Source: Pyrobaculum calidifontis JCM 11548 (lineage in GTDB: Archaea > Thermoproteota > Thermoprotei > Thermoproteales > Thermoproteaceae). Taken from it: a DNA stretch of 32,000 nt. Under the pieces are notes generated by a model, which was not told the DNA's origin, ran no database searches, and saw only the letters and a list, made by a program, of their open reading frames with translations. The position numbers and the translations under genes were made by a program. This document shows, in pieces, positions 1-9,535 of the stretch (the first letter of the stretch is position 1; each line of letters starts with the position of its first letter). The stretch is taken from contig NC_009073.1 of NCBI RefSeq assembly GCF_000015805.1, positions 240,001 to 272,000 of the forward strand. The letters run 5' to 3'.

Positions 1-1092
1 GTCTTTTTTCACCGACTGCACCACGCCGAAGACCGTGGCGGGGCCGACGGCCACGAGCACAGTCTCGCCTTGCTTAATCGGCTCGGGCTTCTCGCCGCCC
101 ATGCGGGGCATGGGCCTTGTCTCAATCTCCACGGCGGTCCACACGGGGGGCAGAGTGCCCGGCTTCCCAGCCACGGCGCCTGCCAACGCGTCGGCCTTGG
201 TCAAGGCCGGGTCTAGGCCCGTCATTATCCCCACGAGGCCTCCCGGCCTCGCCTCCTCTACCTTGTGCCCGCTGTACTCAATGCTGAGGACCTTTGTGCG
301 AATGGGCTGGTAGCCCTTCTCCAGCTTGAGGCCTGGCCTAATCTCAATCTCGTCGCCGACGCGGAGGACCCCCTGTAGCAGAGTGCCGCCTAGCACGCCT
401 CCTCTGAGCTTCTCAGGCGGGGTGCCCGGGGGGTTGACGTTGAAGCTTCTGAGGACCGAGAACCTGGCGGGCTTCCCCGTCTCAGCCTCCCTCCTCGGTA
501 TCTCCTTGGCGAGGTATGTGGCGAGGACGTCGATGTTCACCTTGTGGAGGGCCGAGATGGGCACCACCTTGGCCTTCTCGGCCCACGTCCCTCTGAGGAA
601 CTCCCTTATCTGCTGATAGTTTTCAATGGCCTTCTCCCTCGTGACGAGGTCAATCTTGTTCTGCGCCACTACCATGTGCCGCACGCCGATTACGTCTAGC
701 ACCGCGAAGTGCTCGGCCGTCTGGGGCTGGGGCACGGGCTGGGAGGCATCCACCACCATCACGGCGCCGTCCACCACCGCTGCGTCGGAGACCATGGTGG
801 CCACTAGGACCTCGTGCCCCGGCACGTCGAGGAGGGATATCATTCTGACAAGCTTCGGCTCGTTGCCGTTGGGACACTTGCCGTCTTGGAGCAAGCCATC
901 GCTGTAGTAGTACTCATCGCCGCAGTCGTATATGCCCACCTGGGCGTATCCGAGCTTTATCGTCATGGCCTTCTTGATCTCCTCGCTGTGCCTCATGACC
1001 CAGACTCCGGAGAGGGCGTAGGTGGTCTGCGTCTTGCCGTGGTCCACGTGGCCGGCGGTGGAGACAATGGCGTCGGGGTAGACGAAGGTCAT
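1..1092 (-). CDS. eif2g: Translation initiation factor aIF2 gamma subunit (N-terminal 364 codons; C-terminus runs off the left edge)
   Basis: Own minus-strand translation from the ATG (rc of 1090-1092) reads MTFVYPDAIVSTAGHVDHGKTQTTYALSGVWVMRHSEEIKKAMTIKLGYA...DVPGHE...QNKID (GTPase G1/G3/G4). The frame stays open to position 1. It is absent from the ORF track because no stop lies in the window. TATA-like tatttaaa (1119->1112) sits 27 nt upstream. Confidence 0.9.
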   Translation of the reverse strand, partial: MTFVYPDAIVSTAGHVDHGKTQTTYALSGVWVMRHSEEIKKAMTIKLGYAQVGIYDCGDEYYYSDGLLQDGKCPNGNEPKLVRMISLLDVPGHEVLVATMVSDAAVVDGAVMVVDASQPVPQPQTAEHFAVLDVIGVRHMVVAQNKIDLVTREKAIENYQQIREFLRGTWAEKAKVVPISALHKVNIDVLATYLAKEIPRREAETGKPARFSVLRSFNVNPPGTPPEKLRGGVLGGTLLQGVLRVGDEIEIRPGLKLEKGYQPIRTKVLSIEYSGHKVEEARPGGLVGIMTGLDPALTKADALAGAVAGKPGTLPPVWTAVEIETRPMPRMGGEKPEPIKQGETVLVAVGPATVFGVVQSVKKD

Positions 1093-1111
1093 GACCCCCC
1101 TCTTACACCGC

Positions 1112-1140
1112 TTTAAATACTTATCTGGTTAATTTATATA
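1112..1140. promoter_or_regulatory. Divergent promoter region with two TATA boxes (tatttaaa on the minus strand for eif2g; tttatata at 1133-1140 on the plus strand for the ABC ATPase)
   Basis: Each A/T box has its 5' edge 27 nt from the respective start codon (1092 minus, 1160 plus). The same spacing recurs at many genes in this window. Confidence 0.5.
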
Positions 1141-1159
1141 TAGGCGCGTTAGAGGAGAC

Positions 1160-2188
1160 GTGGCCGTCGTCCGGCTGGAGAAGTTGCGCAAAGTTTTTGA
1201 CAGAGTGGTGGCCCTGGACGACGTAGACCTCCAAGTGGGCGACGGCGAGATAGTGGCAGTCCTAGGCCCCTCCGGCTGCGGCAAGACGACGCTTCTCCGC
1301 CTGGTGGCCGGCCTCGACGAGCCCACCTCCGGCAGAATATACTTCGACGACAGAGACGTCACAGACCTCCCGCCGCAGAAGAGGGGGACCGCCCTGGTGC
1401 CTCAGACGTGGGCGCTGTGGCCCCACATGACAGTCTTTGAAAACGTGGCCTATGGGCTAAGGCTGAGGAAGCTGAGGCCAGAGGAGGTGGCGAAGAGGGT
1501 GAAGTCTGTGCTAGAGCTGGTGGGCCTCAGCGGGCTTGAGAAGAGGAAGCCCTTCCAGCTCTCCGGGGGGCAGCAGCAGAGGGTGGCGCTGGCGAGGGCC
1601 CTGGTGGTGCAGCCAGAGGTGCTCCTACTGGACGAGCCGCTGGCAAACCTCGACGCAAAGCTAAGGGTTGAGCTGAGGGAGGAGGTTAGGAAGATAGCCA
1701 AAAAGCTGTCTATAACCACGATATACGTCACACACGACCAAGAGGAGGCCATGGCGGTGGCCGACCGCGTCGCGGTGATGAACGCCGGCAGAATACTACA
1801 GGTGGGGAAGCCTGAGGAGGTTTACCACAGCCCTGCCCACTTCTTCGTCGCCACTTTTATAGGCCGCTCCAACGTCTTGAGAGGCCGCGTGGTCGAGAGG
1901 CGGGGAGAGGCCGCGGTAGTGGACGTGGGCTTCCCCCTGGCAGCCGTCGCAGTGGACAAGGCGGCCCCAGGCGAGGAGGTCCACGTAGTGTTTAGGCCCG
2001 AGGACGTGTACATGGGCGGCGGCGGGGTTAAGTGCCAGGTAGAAGACGTGGCGTTCCTAGGGCGCTACTACCAGGTCACGTTGGTATGCGCCGGGCGTAG
2101 GATAAAGGCAGAGGGGCCTAAGCCGCCGGCCCTCCCAGGGGAGGAGGTGGCAGTGGAGATAGCCAGGGCCTGGGCGTTTAAGCCATGA
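1160..2188 (+). CDS. ABC importer ATP-binding protein (FbpC/PotA/CysA-like)
   Basis: Walker A GPSGCGKTT, signature LSGGQQQR, Walker B LLLDEP, H-loop THD. A C-terminal ~100 aa extension is typical of importer ATPases. GTG start. Confidence 0.9.
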   Translation: MAVVRLEKLRKVFDRVVALDDVDLQVGDGEIVAVLGPSGCGKTTLLRLVAGLDEPTSGRIYFDDRDVTDLPPQKRGTALVPQTWALWPHMTVFENVAYGLRLRKLRPEEVAKRVKSVLELVGLSGLEKRKPFQLSGGQQQRVALARALVVQPEVLLLDEPLANLDAKLRVELREEVRKIAKKLSITTIYVTHDQEEAMAVADRVAVMNAGRILQVGKPEEVYHSPAHFFVATFIGRSNVLRGRVVERRGEAAVVDVGFPLAAVAVDKAAPGEEVHVVFRPEDVYMGGGGVKCQVEDVAFLGRYYQVTLVCAGRRIKAEGPKPPALPGEEVAVEIARAWAFKP

Positions 2189-3987
2189 TAAAGTGGTCCG
2201 CGGCAGTTGGCTACATCTACCTCGGCCTCTTTCTACTATTCCCCCTCCTCTTTATATTTTGGCAAGTGGTAGAGGGCGTAGCCGAGGTCTACAAGCTCGT
2301 GGCAGACCCGTTCTACGTAAACCTATCTCCAGACGCCTTCGCCAGCGCCGTGTATATCAGAGAGGGCAACCCGCCGACCCTCGTGGTGAGGGGGCCCGAC
2401 CTCGGCGTCATATTCAACAGCCTGTGGGTCGCCCTCACAGTCGCCGCCGTGGACACTGCCTTGGGATTCCTCCTGGCCTACGCGTTGGCCAAGTACGTGT
2501 TCCCCGGCAGAACTGCCCTCGGGCTGTTGGCCACGGTGCCGCTCATAGTGATGCCCTTCGCCACCGCCTACGCCGTTAGGAAGTTCCTAGACCCGCGGTG
2601 GGGGACCTTGAACTGGCTCCTCAACGACGTCTTGGGCATCCCACTCAAGGTGGAGATCTCGGGCCTAGCCGCGGTGGCCCTCGTCCAATCCCTCATGTAT
2701 CTCCCAATAGCCTATCTCAACATCTACGCCGCGTTGACTAGGGTCGACCCCACGCTGGAGGAGGTGGCCAACAACCTCGGCGCAGACGAGCGGCGCGCTG
2801 TGCGAGACGTGGTGCTCCCCCTGGCCACCCCCGGACTCGCCGCGGCCTTCGTCCTAGTGTTCATCTTCGCCATAGACGACGTGGCGGCGCCCATAATCTT
2901 CCAAGACGACCCAGCGGCGAGGAAGCTCCTCTCCTACCAAGTGTACTCCCGCTTCCTCGACCAGCTGAGGGGGCAGATAAGCCCAACGGCGGCATTCCTA
3001 GCCCTAGTACTCCTCACAATTGCCGTCACCTCCTTCCTCGCCGTGCGGAAGTACGTGGGGCTGAGGCAGTACGCCATGTTGATACGCCAGCTAAGGCCGA
3101 GGATATACAAGCCGGGCCCGCTGGGGAAAGTTCTAATATACGCAGTGGCCTTCCCCCTGGCGCTTGTGGCGTCGGCCCCCCTCCTCGGCGCCATTTCGCT
3201 AGTGTTCGCGGAGAGGTGGACCACGTCGCCGCTGCCCGAGTCGCCCAGCCTCTCCACCGCCGCCGAGAGGCTCGCCGCAGTTTTTCAAAACGAGCTGTTT
3301 GTAAGAGGGATTTGGAACACTGTGATATACGGCGTCTCCGCCACTCTGATAATGGTGGCGATAGGCGTGGCCGTGGCCATCGCCGCGGCTAGGCTGAGGG
3401 GGCCCGCCGCAGATGCGCTAGACGCCTTGGCCACAGTGCCCATAGCTGTGCCAGGCCTCGTGGTGGCCTACGCCTACTTCCTCACCTCCCTAGCCGCCGT
3501 CAGCTGGCTTAGGCCAATAAGCCCGGCGCTGGCGGACCTCCTAGACCCGTTGAGGCACCCAGAGTTCTACCTAGTCGTGGGCTACTCCGTGAGGAAGCTC
3601 CCCTTCGTGGTGAGGAGCATATACGCGGGGATGCAGCAGATACACCCCTCCATGGAGGAGGTGGCCTTAAACCTGGGGGACAGCTACTGGGGCGTGGTTA
3701 GGAAGATCCTACTGCCCCTACTGGTGACAAACGTGATAAGCGGCGCCTTGATAGGCTTTGTGTATGTCACAAGCGAGGTCTCCCTGAGCATAACCCTTGG
3801 AGTGCTCAAAGGCGTGGGAAGAGACACGGCCATGCCCATAACCGCCTTCATGCGCGAGCGTTTTGAAAGCGGGCTATACGGCGTACAAGACGCGGCTACC
3901 CTAGGCCTCCTCCTCGTCTTAATCCAAGTCACAGCTATCACATTAACCACGAGAGTGCTCAAGACGAGATACGGCTTCGTCCTTTAG
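2185..3987 (+). CDS. ABC importer permease, fused double transmembrane domain (FbpB/ThiP-like)
   Basis: ATGA overlap with the ATPase gene. The 600-aa protein is very hydrophobic. It has two EAA-type loops (EEVANNLGADERRAVRDVVLPL and EEVALNLGDSYWGVVRKILLPL), indicating two tandem permease modules. Confidence 0.85.
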   Translation: MIKWSAAVGYIYLGLFLLFPLLFIFWQVVEGVAEVYKLVADPFYVNLSPDAFASAVYIREGNPPTLVVRGPDLGVIFNSLWVALTVAAVDTALGFLLAYALAKYVFPGRTALGLLATVPLIVMPFATAYAVRKFLDPRWGTLNWLLNDVLGIPLKVEISGLAAVALVQSLMYLPIAYLNIYAALTRVDPTLEEVANNLGADERRAVRDVVLPLATPGLAAAFVLVFIFAIDDVAAPIIFQDDPAARKLLSYQVYSRFLDQLRGQISPTAAFLALVLLTIAVTSFLAVRKYVGLRQYAMLIRQLRPRIYKPGPLGKVLIYAVAFPLALVASAPLLGAISLVFAERWTTSPLPESPSLSTAAERLAAVFQNELFVRGIWNTVIYGVSATLIMVAIGVAVAIAAARLRGPAADALDALATVPIAVPGLVVAYAYFLTSLAAVSWLRPISPALADLLDPLRHPEFYLVVGYSVRKLPFVVRSIYAGMQQIHPSMEEVALNLGDSYWGVVRKILLPLLVTNVISGALIGFVYVTSEVSLSITLGVLKGVGRDTAMPITAFMRERFESGLYGVQDAATLGLLLVLIQVTAITLTTRVLKTRYGFVL

Positions 3988-4081
3988 ACGAACCCTGCGC
4001 CAGACTGCAGTCGACGCAAACCCCCTGGGAGCCGCCTTGACACTACTGCCTATTTTAAATATCTACATCGTTTCAGGGGGC

Positions 4082-4402
4082 ATGGGGCAGACGATTGACC
4101 CGAGGGATAAGATGAGGTTTGGCGAAGATTCCACCCGGCTAGTCGAGGCGGGGGCGAGGGCCGCGGCCAAAGAGCTGGGGATAAGGCTCGTGGTAGAGGA
4201 CATGCGCGTAGAGATCGGCGACGTAGTCGCAGAGTTTGACGGAGGTAGGTTGAGAATTGGAAGTCTTGAGGTTAGCGTAGATGAGGACCAGTGGGCCGGC
4301 TTCAAGACGTTGCTCCTCTCCTTTTTAGCAAACCACAGGCGGCCTCCGACCGAGGCGGAGGTAAAAGAGCTCATCTTCGCCGCGACGGGTAGAGAGCCAT
4401 AG
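4082..4402 (+). CDS. Hypothetical protein (106 aa from the ATG at 4082; the ORF track starts at TTG 4037)
   Basis: ttttaaat box at 4053-4060 lies ~29 nt upstream of ATG 4082. No recognisable motif. Confidence 0.5.
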   Translation: MGQTIDPRDKMRFGEDSTRLVEAGARAAAKELGIRLVVEDMRVEIGDVVAEFDGGRLRIGSLEVSVDEDQWAGFKTLLLSFLANHRRPPTEAEVKELIFAATGREP

Positions 4403-4454
4403 TATTCCCAGTCCGATAGGAAATAAGAGATATAACGAGACTTATAGTGACTAC

Positions 4455-4673
4455 GTGTCGCTGATCCCTGTGGACCAGCTCGACAGTTCTATTGTGGGTA
4501 AAAGAGTGGCGCTGACGCTGGCTACATGTAACCAAGTGGAGGAGTCCCAGTTAATGGTAGTGGAGGGGGTATTTCTCTACGTTTCCAAAGACAGAGTGGG
4601 CATTGAGACAGAGAAGGGGGTAGAGGTGGTGGAAAGGGGACTTGTGGTGGCTGCGCGAATTTTAAACACTTAA
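4455..4673 (+). CDS. Small hypothetical protein (72 aa)
   Basis: GTG start with an A/T box (agatataa, from 4428) 27 nt upstream. The beta-rich pattern is vaguely Sm/barrel-like, but no domain is confidently recognised. Confidence 0.4.
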   Translation: MSLIPVDQLDSSIVGKRVALTLATCNQVEESQLMVVEGVFLYVSKDRVGIETEKGVEVVERGLVVAARILNT

Positions 4674-4693
4674 GAACCAACGGTGGTGGGTAC

Positions 4694-5839
4694 ATGGATG
4701 AGTTTCCCCTACTGCTGCATGTTGGATACTTCGCCACAGCGGGCGTAGGGATTCCCCCGGTGTCCGCGGCTAGGGCTGTCGCTGAGTACGTTCAACTTGC
4801 TGTGGAGGACCCTGAGGAGGCCGTGGCCGCGGCTGGAAAAGCGGCCGAAGTCGCCCGCACGGCTTTTGCCGAGCTGATTGGCGCATCCCCCGGCGAGGTG
4901 GCCGTGGCTGGGCCAGGCACACTCGCCGCATTGGAGAGGGCCCTCACGGCGGTGGGGTGCAGCGCTGGGAGAAACGTTGTGACTGACGACCTCGAGTACC
5001 CAGGCCTCTTGAACCTCGTCGCCACCTTCGCCAGCCGCTGCGGCTACGAGCTGAGAGTCGTGCGCCACAGAGAGGGCCAGCTCTCCCTCGACGAGTTTAA
5101 GAGGGCCGTGGACGGCGAGACGGCGGCCGTTGTGGTAAGCTCTGTCCAGTGGATTAACGGCGTCCGCCTCGACGTAGACGCCCTGAGCGAGCTTGTGGAG
5201 AGGACCGGCGCCTTTCTCATCGTGGACGGGATACAGGAAGCCGGCGTCAGGCAGCCGGCGCTTAAGAGGGTGGACTTCTACGCCGCCGGCACCCAGAAGT
5301 GGCTCATTGCTCCATTCGGCGCCGCCCTGACCTACGTGGGCCCCCGCATGGCGGAGAGGCAGTCCCTGCTGAGCGTAAACAACGCCGAGATGGACGTCTC
5401 GCCAGAGGCCTACTTCGCCGACGGGGAGAAGACCCCAGAGAGGCTGGGCCTCTCCAAGCCCAGGGGGGCTAAGAGCTTCGAGTTGCCGGGGATGGGGCCG
5501 GCGGCGGGGGTTGTGGGCGCCGCGGCGGCGCTCAGCTACTTGGCTAAGGTGGGAGACGTGGAGGCTAGGGTGAGGCGGCTGAGAGACGCTGTGTGGAGGG
5601 CCTTGGAGGAGGGCGGCCTAAAGGTGTTGACCCCAGAGGAGGCCGACTGGAGCGGCATCGTTCTCGCCACCACCGGGGCGCGGAGGGGAGACGAGGAGCT
5701 CTACTGCAGATTGAGGGAGGAGGGGTTTAGGCTCCACCTAAGGGGCATGTCAGGCGTGGCCGGGCTCAGGTTCTCGGCCCACTTCTACGTGGACGAGACG
5801 TGGGTCGACAGACTGGCCGCCGTCTTGAGGCAGCGCTAG
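4694..5839 (+). CDS. Class V aminotransferase / cysteine desulfurase-family PLP enzyme
   Basis: 381 aa. FLIVDGIQ and AAGTQKWLIAPFG (putative PLP-lysine segment) give an overall class-V fold-type I pattern. Confidence 0.7.
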   Translation: MDEFPLLLHVGYFATAGVGIPPVSAARAVAEYVQLAVEDPEEAVAAAGKAAEVARTAFAELIGASPGEVAVAGPGTLAALERALTAVGCSAGRNVVTDDLEYPGLLNLVATFASRCGYELRVVRHREGQLSLDEFKRAVDGETAAVVVSSVQWINGVRLDVDALSELVERTGAFLIVDGIQEAGVRQPALKRVDFYAAGTQKWLIAPFGAALTYVGPRMAERQSLLSVNNAEMDVSPEAYFADGEKTPERLGLSKPRGAKSFELPGMGPAAGVVGAAAALSYLAKVGDVEARVRRLRDAVWRALEEGGLKVLTPEEADWSGIVLATTGARRGDEELYCRLREEGFRLHLRGMSGVAGLRFSAHFYVDETWVDRLAAVLRQR

Positions 5840-6489
5840 CCGCTCAAAAGCTGTCTGATCTTGTCCACGTAGGCCCCCTCCACCACCGTGAGAGTGCCGT
5901 TTTTGTAGATGATGAAGGTGGGCGTCCCCCTAATCTTTATGCCCACTTTTCCAAAGGCGTCTGAGACGCCCATGGCTTGTGCAAGTGTGACATTGAAGCG
6001 GCATGCATATGGCTGCAAAGTCTTTGACATATTGGCCAAGGCGTCGCTCTCTGAGATCGCCCTCTTAATTGCGGCTAGGTACCATACGTAGTACAGCTTG
6101 TTTACAAGGTCGAGTGTGGCGGAGGGGCCCAGCTCATTATATGCGCAGTGGAGGGGCTGGTGCAGAGCCCATGCCGCATCTCCGTGGACTGGGAAGTCGA
6201 CGAGGATGTAGTAGAGCTTGCCCTCCTGCACCTTCTCCTTAATCAACGGGCCCAGTTCCACATGGGCATAGGCACAGTAGGGGCAGAGGAGGTCAAAGAA
6301 CTCCACCAAGACCACTGGCGCGCTCCCGTTGCCAAACCGCATGGCCCAAGGCGGAATTGGAAGCCCGCCTGGATTTACTACCTGCGGCGGCTGAGGAGGA
6401 GACTGGGAGATGAGGGGGGCCACTAGGAGAACTGCCACCGCCACCATTAACACCACAACAACGACGATTGCCAAATTAACAAGCCTCAT
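5836..6489 (-). CDS. Membrane-anchored thioredoxin-fold thiol:disulfide oxidoreductase (DsbA-like)
   Basis: N-terminal TM helix. CPYC active-site motif (FFDLLCPYCAYAH). C-terminal GTPTF cis-Pro-type loop. atttatat box ~29 nt upstream. Confidence 0.75.
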   Translation of the reverse strand: MRLVNLAIVVVVVLMVAVAVLLVAPLISQSPPQPPQVVNPGGLPIPPWAMRFGNGSAPVVLVEFFDLLCPYCAYAHVELGPLIKEKVQEGKLYYILVDFPVHGDAAWALHQPLHCAYNELGPSATLDLVNKLYYVWYLAAIKRAISESDALANMSKTLQPYACRFNVTLAQAMGVSDAFGKVGIKIRGTPTFIIYKNGTLTVVEGAYVDKIRQLLSG

Positions 6490-6566
6490 GCTCCCACGAG
6501 CGACACCAGTATATAAATTGTGCCCCCGTAGAAAGACCCCGATCCCGGGGCTCGGGGGTCAAAAAG

Positions 6567-8102
6567 CTAGGGTATTTTCTGCATTACTGCTTGGTACTGT
6601 TTCCTCGCGGCGTCTCTCCACGCCGAGTAGATCTTGTCGCGGTAGGTGGGGTTGCCCAACTTGTCGTTTATCTTCATGGCGTAGTCGAGGGTGAGCTTCA
6701 CCGTCTGGCCTGTGTCGGGGTCTGTGAAAGTGACGGGGCTTGTCAGCTCTCTGGCGAGGGCCTCGGCTGTTGCCTTGTCTATCTTCCCGCTGTAGTAGGC
6801 GTTGACGAGCTTCCACCAGGCCTGTTGTAACACGTCTTGGTTGTCCTTTACCGCCGCGTCGAAGTAGTACATGACTACGTTCTCCACGGAGATGGCTAGG
6901 GTGTCGTTGAAGTTTATGGTCTTGAGCGTCAGCAGGTAGTCGTATACCTGCTTTAGGTCGGGCCTCCTCTGGCCCTCAGGCGTGTTGAAGGCGTTGGGGT
7001 TCACCGGCATTCTGTTGATCTTTGGGTCAAAGACAATGACTTGCCCACCTGTTATCACCCAGGCCACGAAGGCCTCGGCGGCCTCTCTACACTTGGTGCC
7101 CTTCACCACGGCTATGGGGTCTCCGTTGACTGAGGTGTCCGGCGGGATGACGTACTTGGTGTCTGGGTTCTGAAGCTGGGCAGTGTAGCCATAGAAGTCA
7201 ATTGTCCAGCCGGCGCCTATTTCGCCTGCGATTACTCCATCTCTTACAGCCTCGCTACCGCCGTAAATCTTGCCGTTGGCAGCCGTCAAGACGATTATAC
7301 GCCAGCCCTCCTCCCAGCCATATGCCTGGAGAATTATCTCAGCAATCCTAGTATTGCTGGTCGACTGCGTCAAGCTGGCCAGCCCAGTCACTGGGACCCC
7401 ACGCGCCGCCGCTCTTCCATACTCAAAAGAGGCGAGGTCTGCCCACGACTTAGGCTCCGAGAGGCCGTAGCTGCCCAAGACCTTCTTGTTTATCGTAATG
7501 CCGAAGCTGGACACGGCCCACGCCACCCAGTACACCTTCCCATCGCTCCCAACCCTCATCATAGGCATCCCCGCTATTGTCTTCGGTATCTGCGCCATGG
7601 CGGCCTTGACCTCCGGCCCCTCAAGGGGCAACAACAAGCCGTCTGAGTAAAGAGAGTCGAAGAGGGTGGGGCCCCCGCCCCAAGCCACGTCCGCCTGCCC
7701 CGCCTGGATAATCGCCCTCCACTGGCCAGCAGCCACAGGCCTAAAAACCACGTCCTTTACCCCATACCTCTTCGCCACGTCGCTCTTTAGGAAAAGAGTA
7801 CGCGCCGCGTCTAGGATATCGGTGGGGTGCCTAGTTAACACCACCAGAGTTGTACACGCAGAGGGCTGCGGAGTGGTTGTTGTCTGTGGCGGCGTCGTGG
7901 TGGTCTTCGGCGGAGTTGTAGTAGTCTGAGTAGGCGTCTGCGTAGTAGTCGGCGGCGTTGTAGTCGTGGGGCTGGGGGTCGGCGGGGCTGTGGTAGCTGG
8001 AGTAGTCGTGGCAGTGGTTGGCGGAGTCTGTGTAGCAAAGTAGGCGACCACCAGTGCAAGAACTACAACGGCGATTAGTCCCGCTATTAGGCCCAATCGC
8101 AT
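6567..8102 (-). CDS. ABC transporter substrate-binding protein (Fe(III)/AfuA-like family) with N-terminal TM anchor and Thr/Pro linker
   Basis: N-terminal TM, then a ~60-aa T/P low-complexity linker, then a ~400-aa alpha/beta solute-binding-like domain. tataaaag box (8129->8122) lies 27 nt upstream of the ATG. Probable partner of the 1160-3987 transporter. Confidence 0.7.
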   Translation of the reverse strand: MRLGLIAGLIAVVVLALVVAYFATQTPPTTATTTPATTAPPTPSPTTTTPPTTTQTPTQTTTTPPKTTTTPPQTTTTPQPSACTTLVVLTRHPTDILDAARTLFLKSDVAKRYGVKDVVFRPVAAGQWRAIIQAGQADVAWGGGPTLFDSLYSDGLLLPLEGPEVKAAMAQIPKTIAGMPMMRVGSDGKVYWVAWAVSSFGITINKKVLGSYGLSEPKSWADLASFEYGRAAARGVPVTGLASLTQSTSNTRIAEIILQAYGWEEGWRIIVLTAANGKIYGGSEAVRDGVIAGEIGAGWTIDFYGYTAQLQNPDTKYVIPPDTSVNGDPIAVVKGTKCREAAEAFVAWVITGGQVIVFDPKINRMPVNPNAFNTPEGQRRPDLKQVYDYLLTLKTINFNDTLAISVENVVMYYFDAAVKDNQDVLQQAWWKLVNAYYSGKIDKATAEALARELTSPVTFTDPDTGQTVKLTLDYAMKINDKLGNPTYRDKIYSAWRDAARKQYQAVMQKIP

Positions 8103-8203
8103 ATACTCCCTATTTCCCTATCTTTTATACATTTCTAATCGTGTTGAATCAAGGCCGATGTTGAGGAAGGATAACTGTTATAAATTCGGCCATGTTGGTA
8201 TAC

Positions 8204-9535
8204 ATGCGGTTGGGAATAGCAATATTCCTGGTGGCGGCGCTCGTAGCCGCCCAGCAAATCTATGTCCCAATTCTGGCCGACGTGGCCCATGGAGAGGCCA
8301 CCAAGGGGCTCGACAGGTGGGTCAACAGCACGGCCAATCCCGACGCCATATCAGATTTCGCAAAGCTCTACGTCCTCGTGTCGCCCGGCCTCTCCGACCC
8401 AACGCTAGACCGGTTGAACAAGACGAAGATTGCCACGTTCATTGTGGGGGACTTGTCCACAGTTGACCTCTCCCAGTTCAAGGTGATAATACTCGGCCAG
8501 CCTCAAAAGCCGTTGACAGACGCCGAGCTCGCGGCTTTGAAGAAGTGGTTTGACGAAGGCGGAAAAGTGCTGTGGTGCGCCGCAGACAGCGACTATCCGG
8601 CGCAAGGCTCCGAAATGGCGCAAGAAGTGTGCAACGACGTGGCTGAGTACTTGGGTGCCCACATTAGATTGGACTACGTCTCAGTAGAAGATTCGAAGCA
8701 CAACGCCGGCGCTGGGTATAGAGTGGTAGGTGTGATAGACCCGCCGCCGAACTTGGCGTTCCTCGGCTTCATGGCCCAGCGTGTCCTCTTCCACGGGCCG
8801 GGCGTAATAGCCGTGGTGCTCCCCAACGGCACCTGGGTCCCAGCCACAAGCCCAGTCGTGCCTAAGTACTATAACAACATAGCAGTAATTGCCAGAACTA
8901 CTGAAAACGGCGTGATCGTTGAATCTAGGACATCCGCCGATGGCAAGGGGAGAGACGGCAAGGCCCACAAGGCCGGCGACAGGGGAGTCTTCGCCCTAAT
9001 GGCTGTTGAGTTTATGCCAAGTGGAAGCGTCTTGATCCTGTCCGGCGAAACTCCCTACGGAGGCTATGAGCCAGGCGTGGCGCCCGTCTACTACGGCGTG
9101 CCGTTGGACGGGCCGAGATTCTTCAGAAACCTAATGCTCTGGGCCACCGGCAACTACAGAGAGCTCTCCACCTTCATAGCACAGACGCAGGCCACAGCCG
9201 CCATGTCCAACCAGCTGGCCACCCTCGCCGCTACCACTGGCAACTTGGCCAACGACGTAGCCGCGCTGAAGTCGACTGCAAACCAGCTCAACTCGCAGGT
9301 GGGACAGTTGTCGGGGCAGGTGGGCCAAGTCAGCTCACAGGTAAGCGCCCTCTCGTCGCAGATAAGCCAGCTCAACCAGAAGATTGACCAGCTCACTCAG
9401 CAGCTCAACGCCGCCGTGGCCGAGGCCAACAACGCCAAGACCGTGGCCTTCATAGGCACAGCGCTGGCGCTGATATTCGCAATAATCGCCGCAGTCCTCG
9501 CAGTACGCAGAGGCGGAGGGAGAGAGACGCGATGA
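8204..9535 (+). CDS. Exported protein: DUF4350/GldG-like N-terminal domain, Gln/Ser-rich coiled-coil stalk, C-terminal TM anchor
   Basis: The ORF opens at ATG 8192, but ttataaat (8178-8185) is 26 nt upstream of ATG 8204 (MRLGIAIFLVAALVAA, signal-like). VIILGQPQKPLTDAELAALKKWFDEGGKVLW is a GATase1-like motif. The heptad-like QLNSQVGQLSGQVGQVSSQVSALSSQISQLNQKIDQLTQQLN is followed by a TM segment plus RRGGGRETR. Confidence 0.7.
   Translation: MRLGIAIFLVAALVAAQQIYVPILADVAHGEATKGLDRWVNSTANPDAISDFAKLYVLVSPGLSDPTLDRLNKTKIATFIVGDLSTVDLSQFKVIILGQPQKPLTDAELAALKKWFDEGGKVLWCAADSDYPAQGSEMAQEVCNDVAEYLGAHIRLDYVSVEDSKHNAGAGYRVVGVIDPPPNLAFLGFMAQRVLFHGPGVIAVVLPNGTWVPATSPVVPKYYNNIAVIARTTENGVIVESRTSADGKGRDGKAHKAGDRGVFALMAVEFMPSGSVLILSGETPYGGYEPGVAPVYYGVPLDGPRFFRNLMLWATGNYRELSTFIAQTQATAAMSNQLATLAATTGNLANDVAALKSTANQLNSQVGQLSGQVGQVSSQVSALSSQISQLNQKIDQLTQQLNAAVAEANNAKTVAFIGTALALIFAIIAAVLAVRRGGGRETR

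Noticed and set aside
35-1116. Several plus- and minus-strand ORFs of 75-100 aa inside the first 1.1 kb
   Set aside because: They are all antisense to, or out of frame with, the clearly recognisable aIF2-gamma reading frame. They are typical high-GC shadow ORFs.
5836-5839. Convergent aminotransferase and DsbA-like genes share a palindromic CTAG that provides the stop codon on both strands
   Set aside because: The observation is real but is a trivial consequence of tight packing. No functional implication is inferred.
7835-8059. ACC/CCG-rich repetitive DNA (also 11100-11330), considered as a tandem repeat or antisense Arg-rich ORFs
   Set aside because: These stretches encode Thr/Pro-rich linker segments of the substrate-binding protein and the phosphoesterase. 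They are low-complexity coding sequence rather than an independent repeat element.
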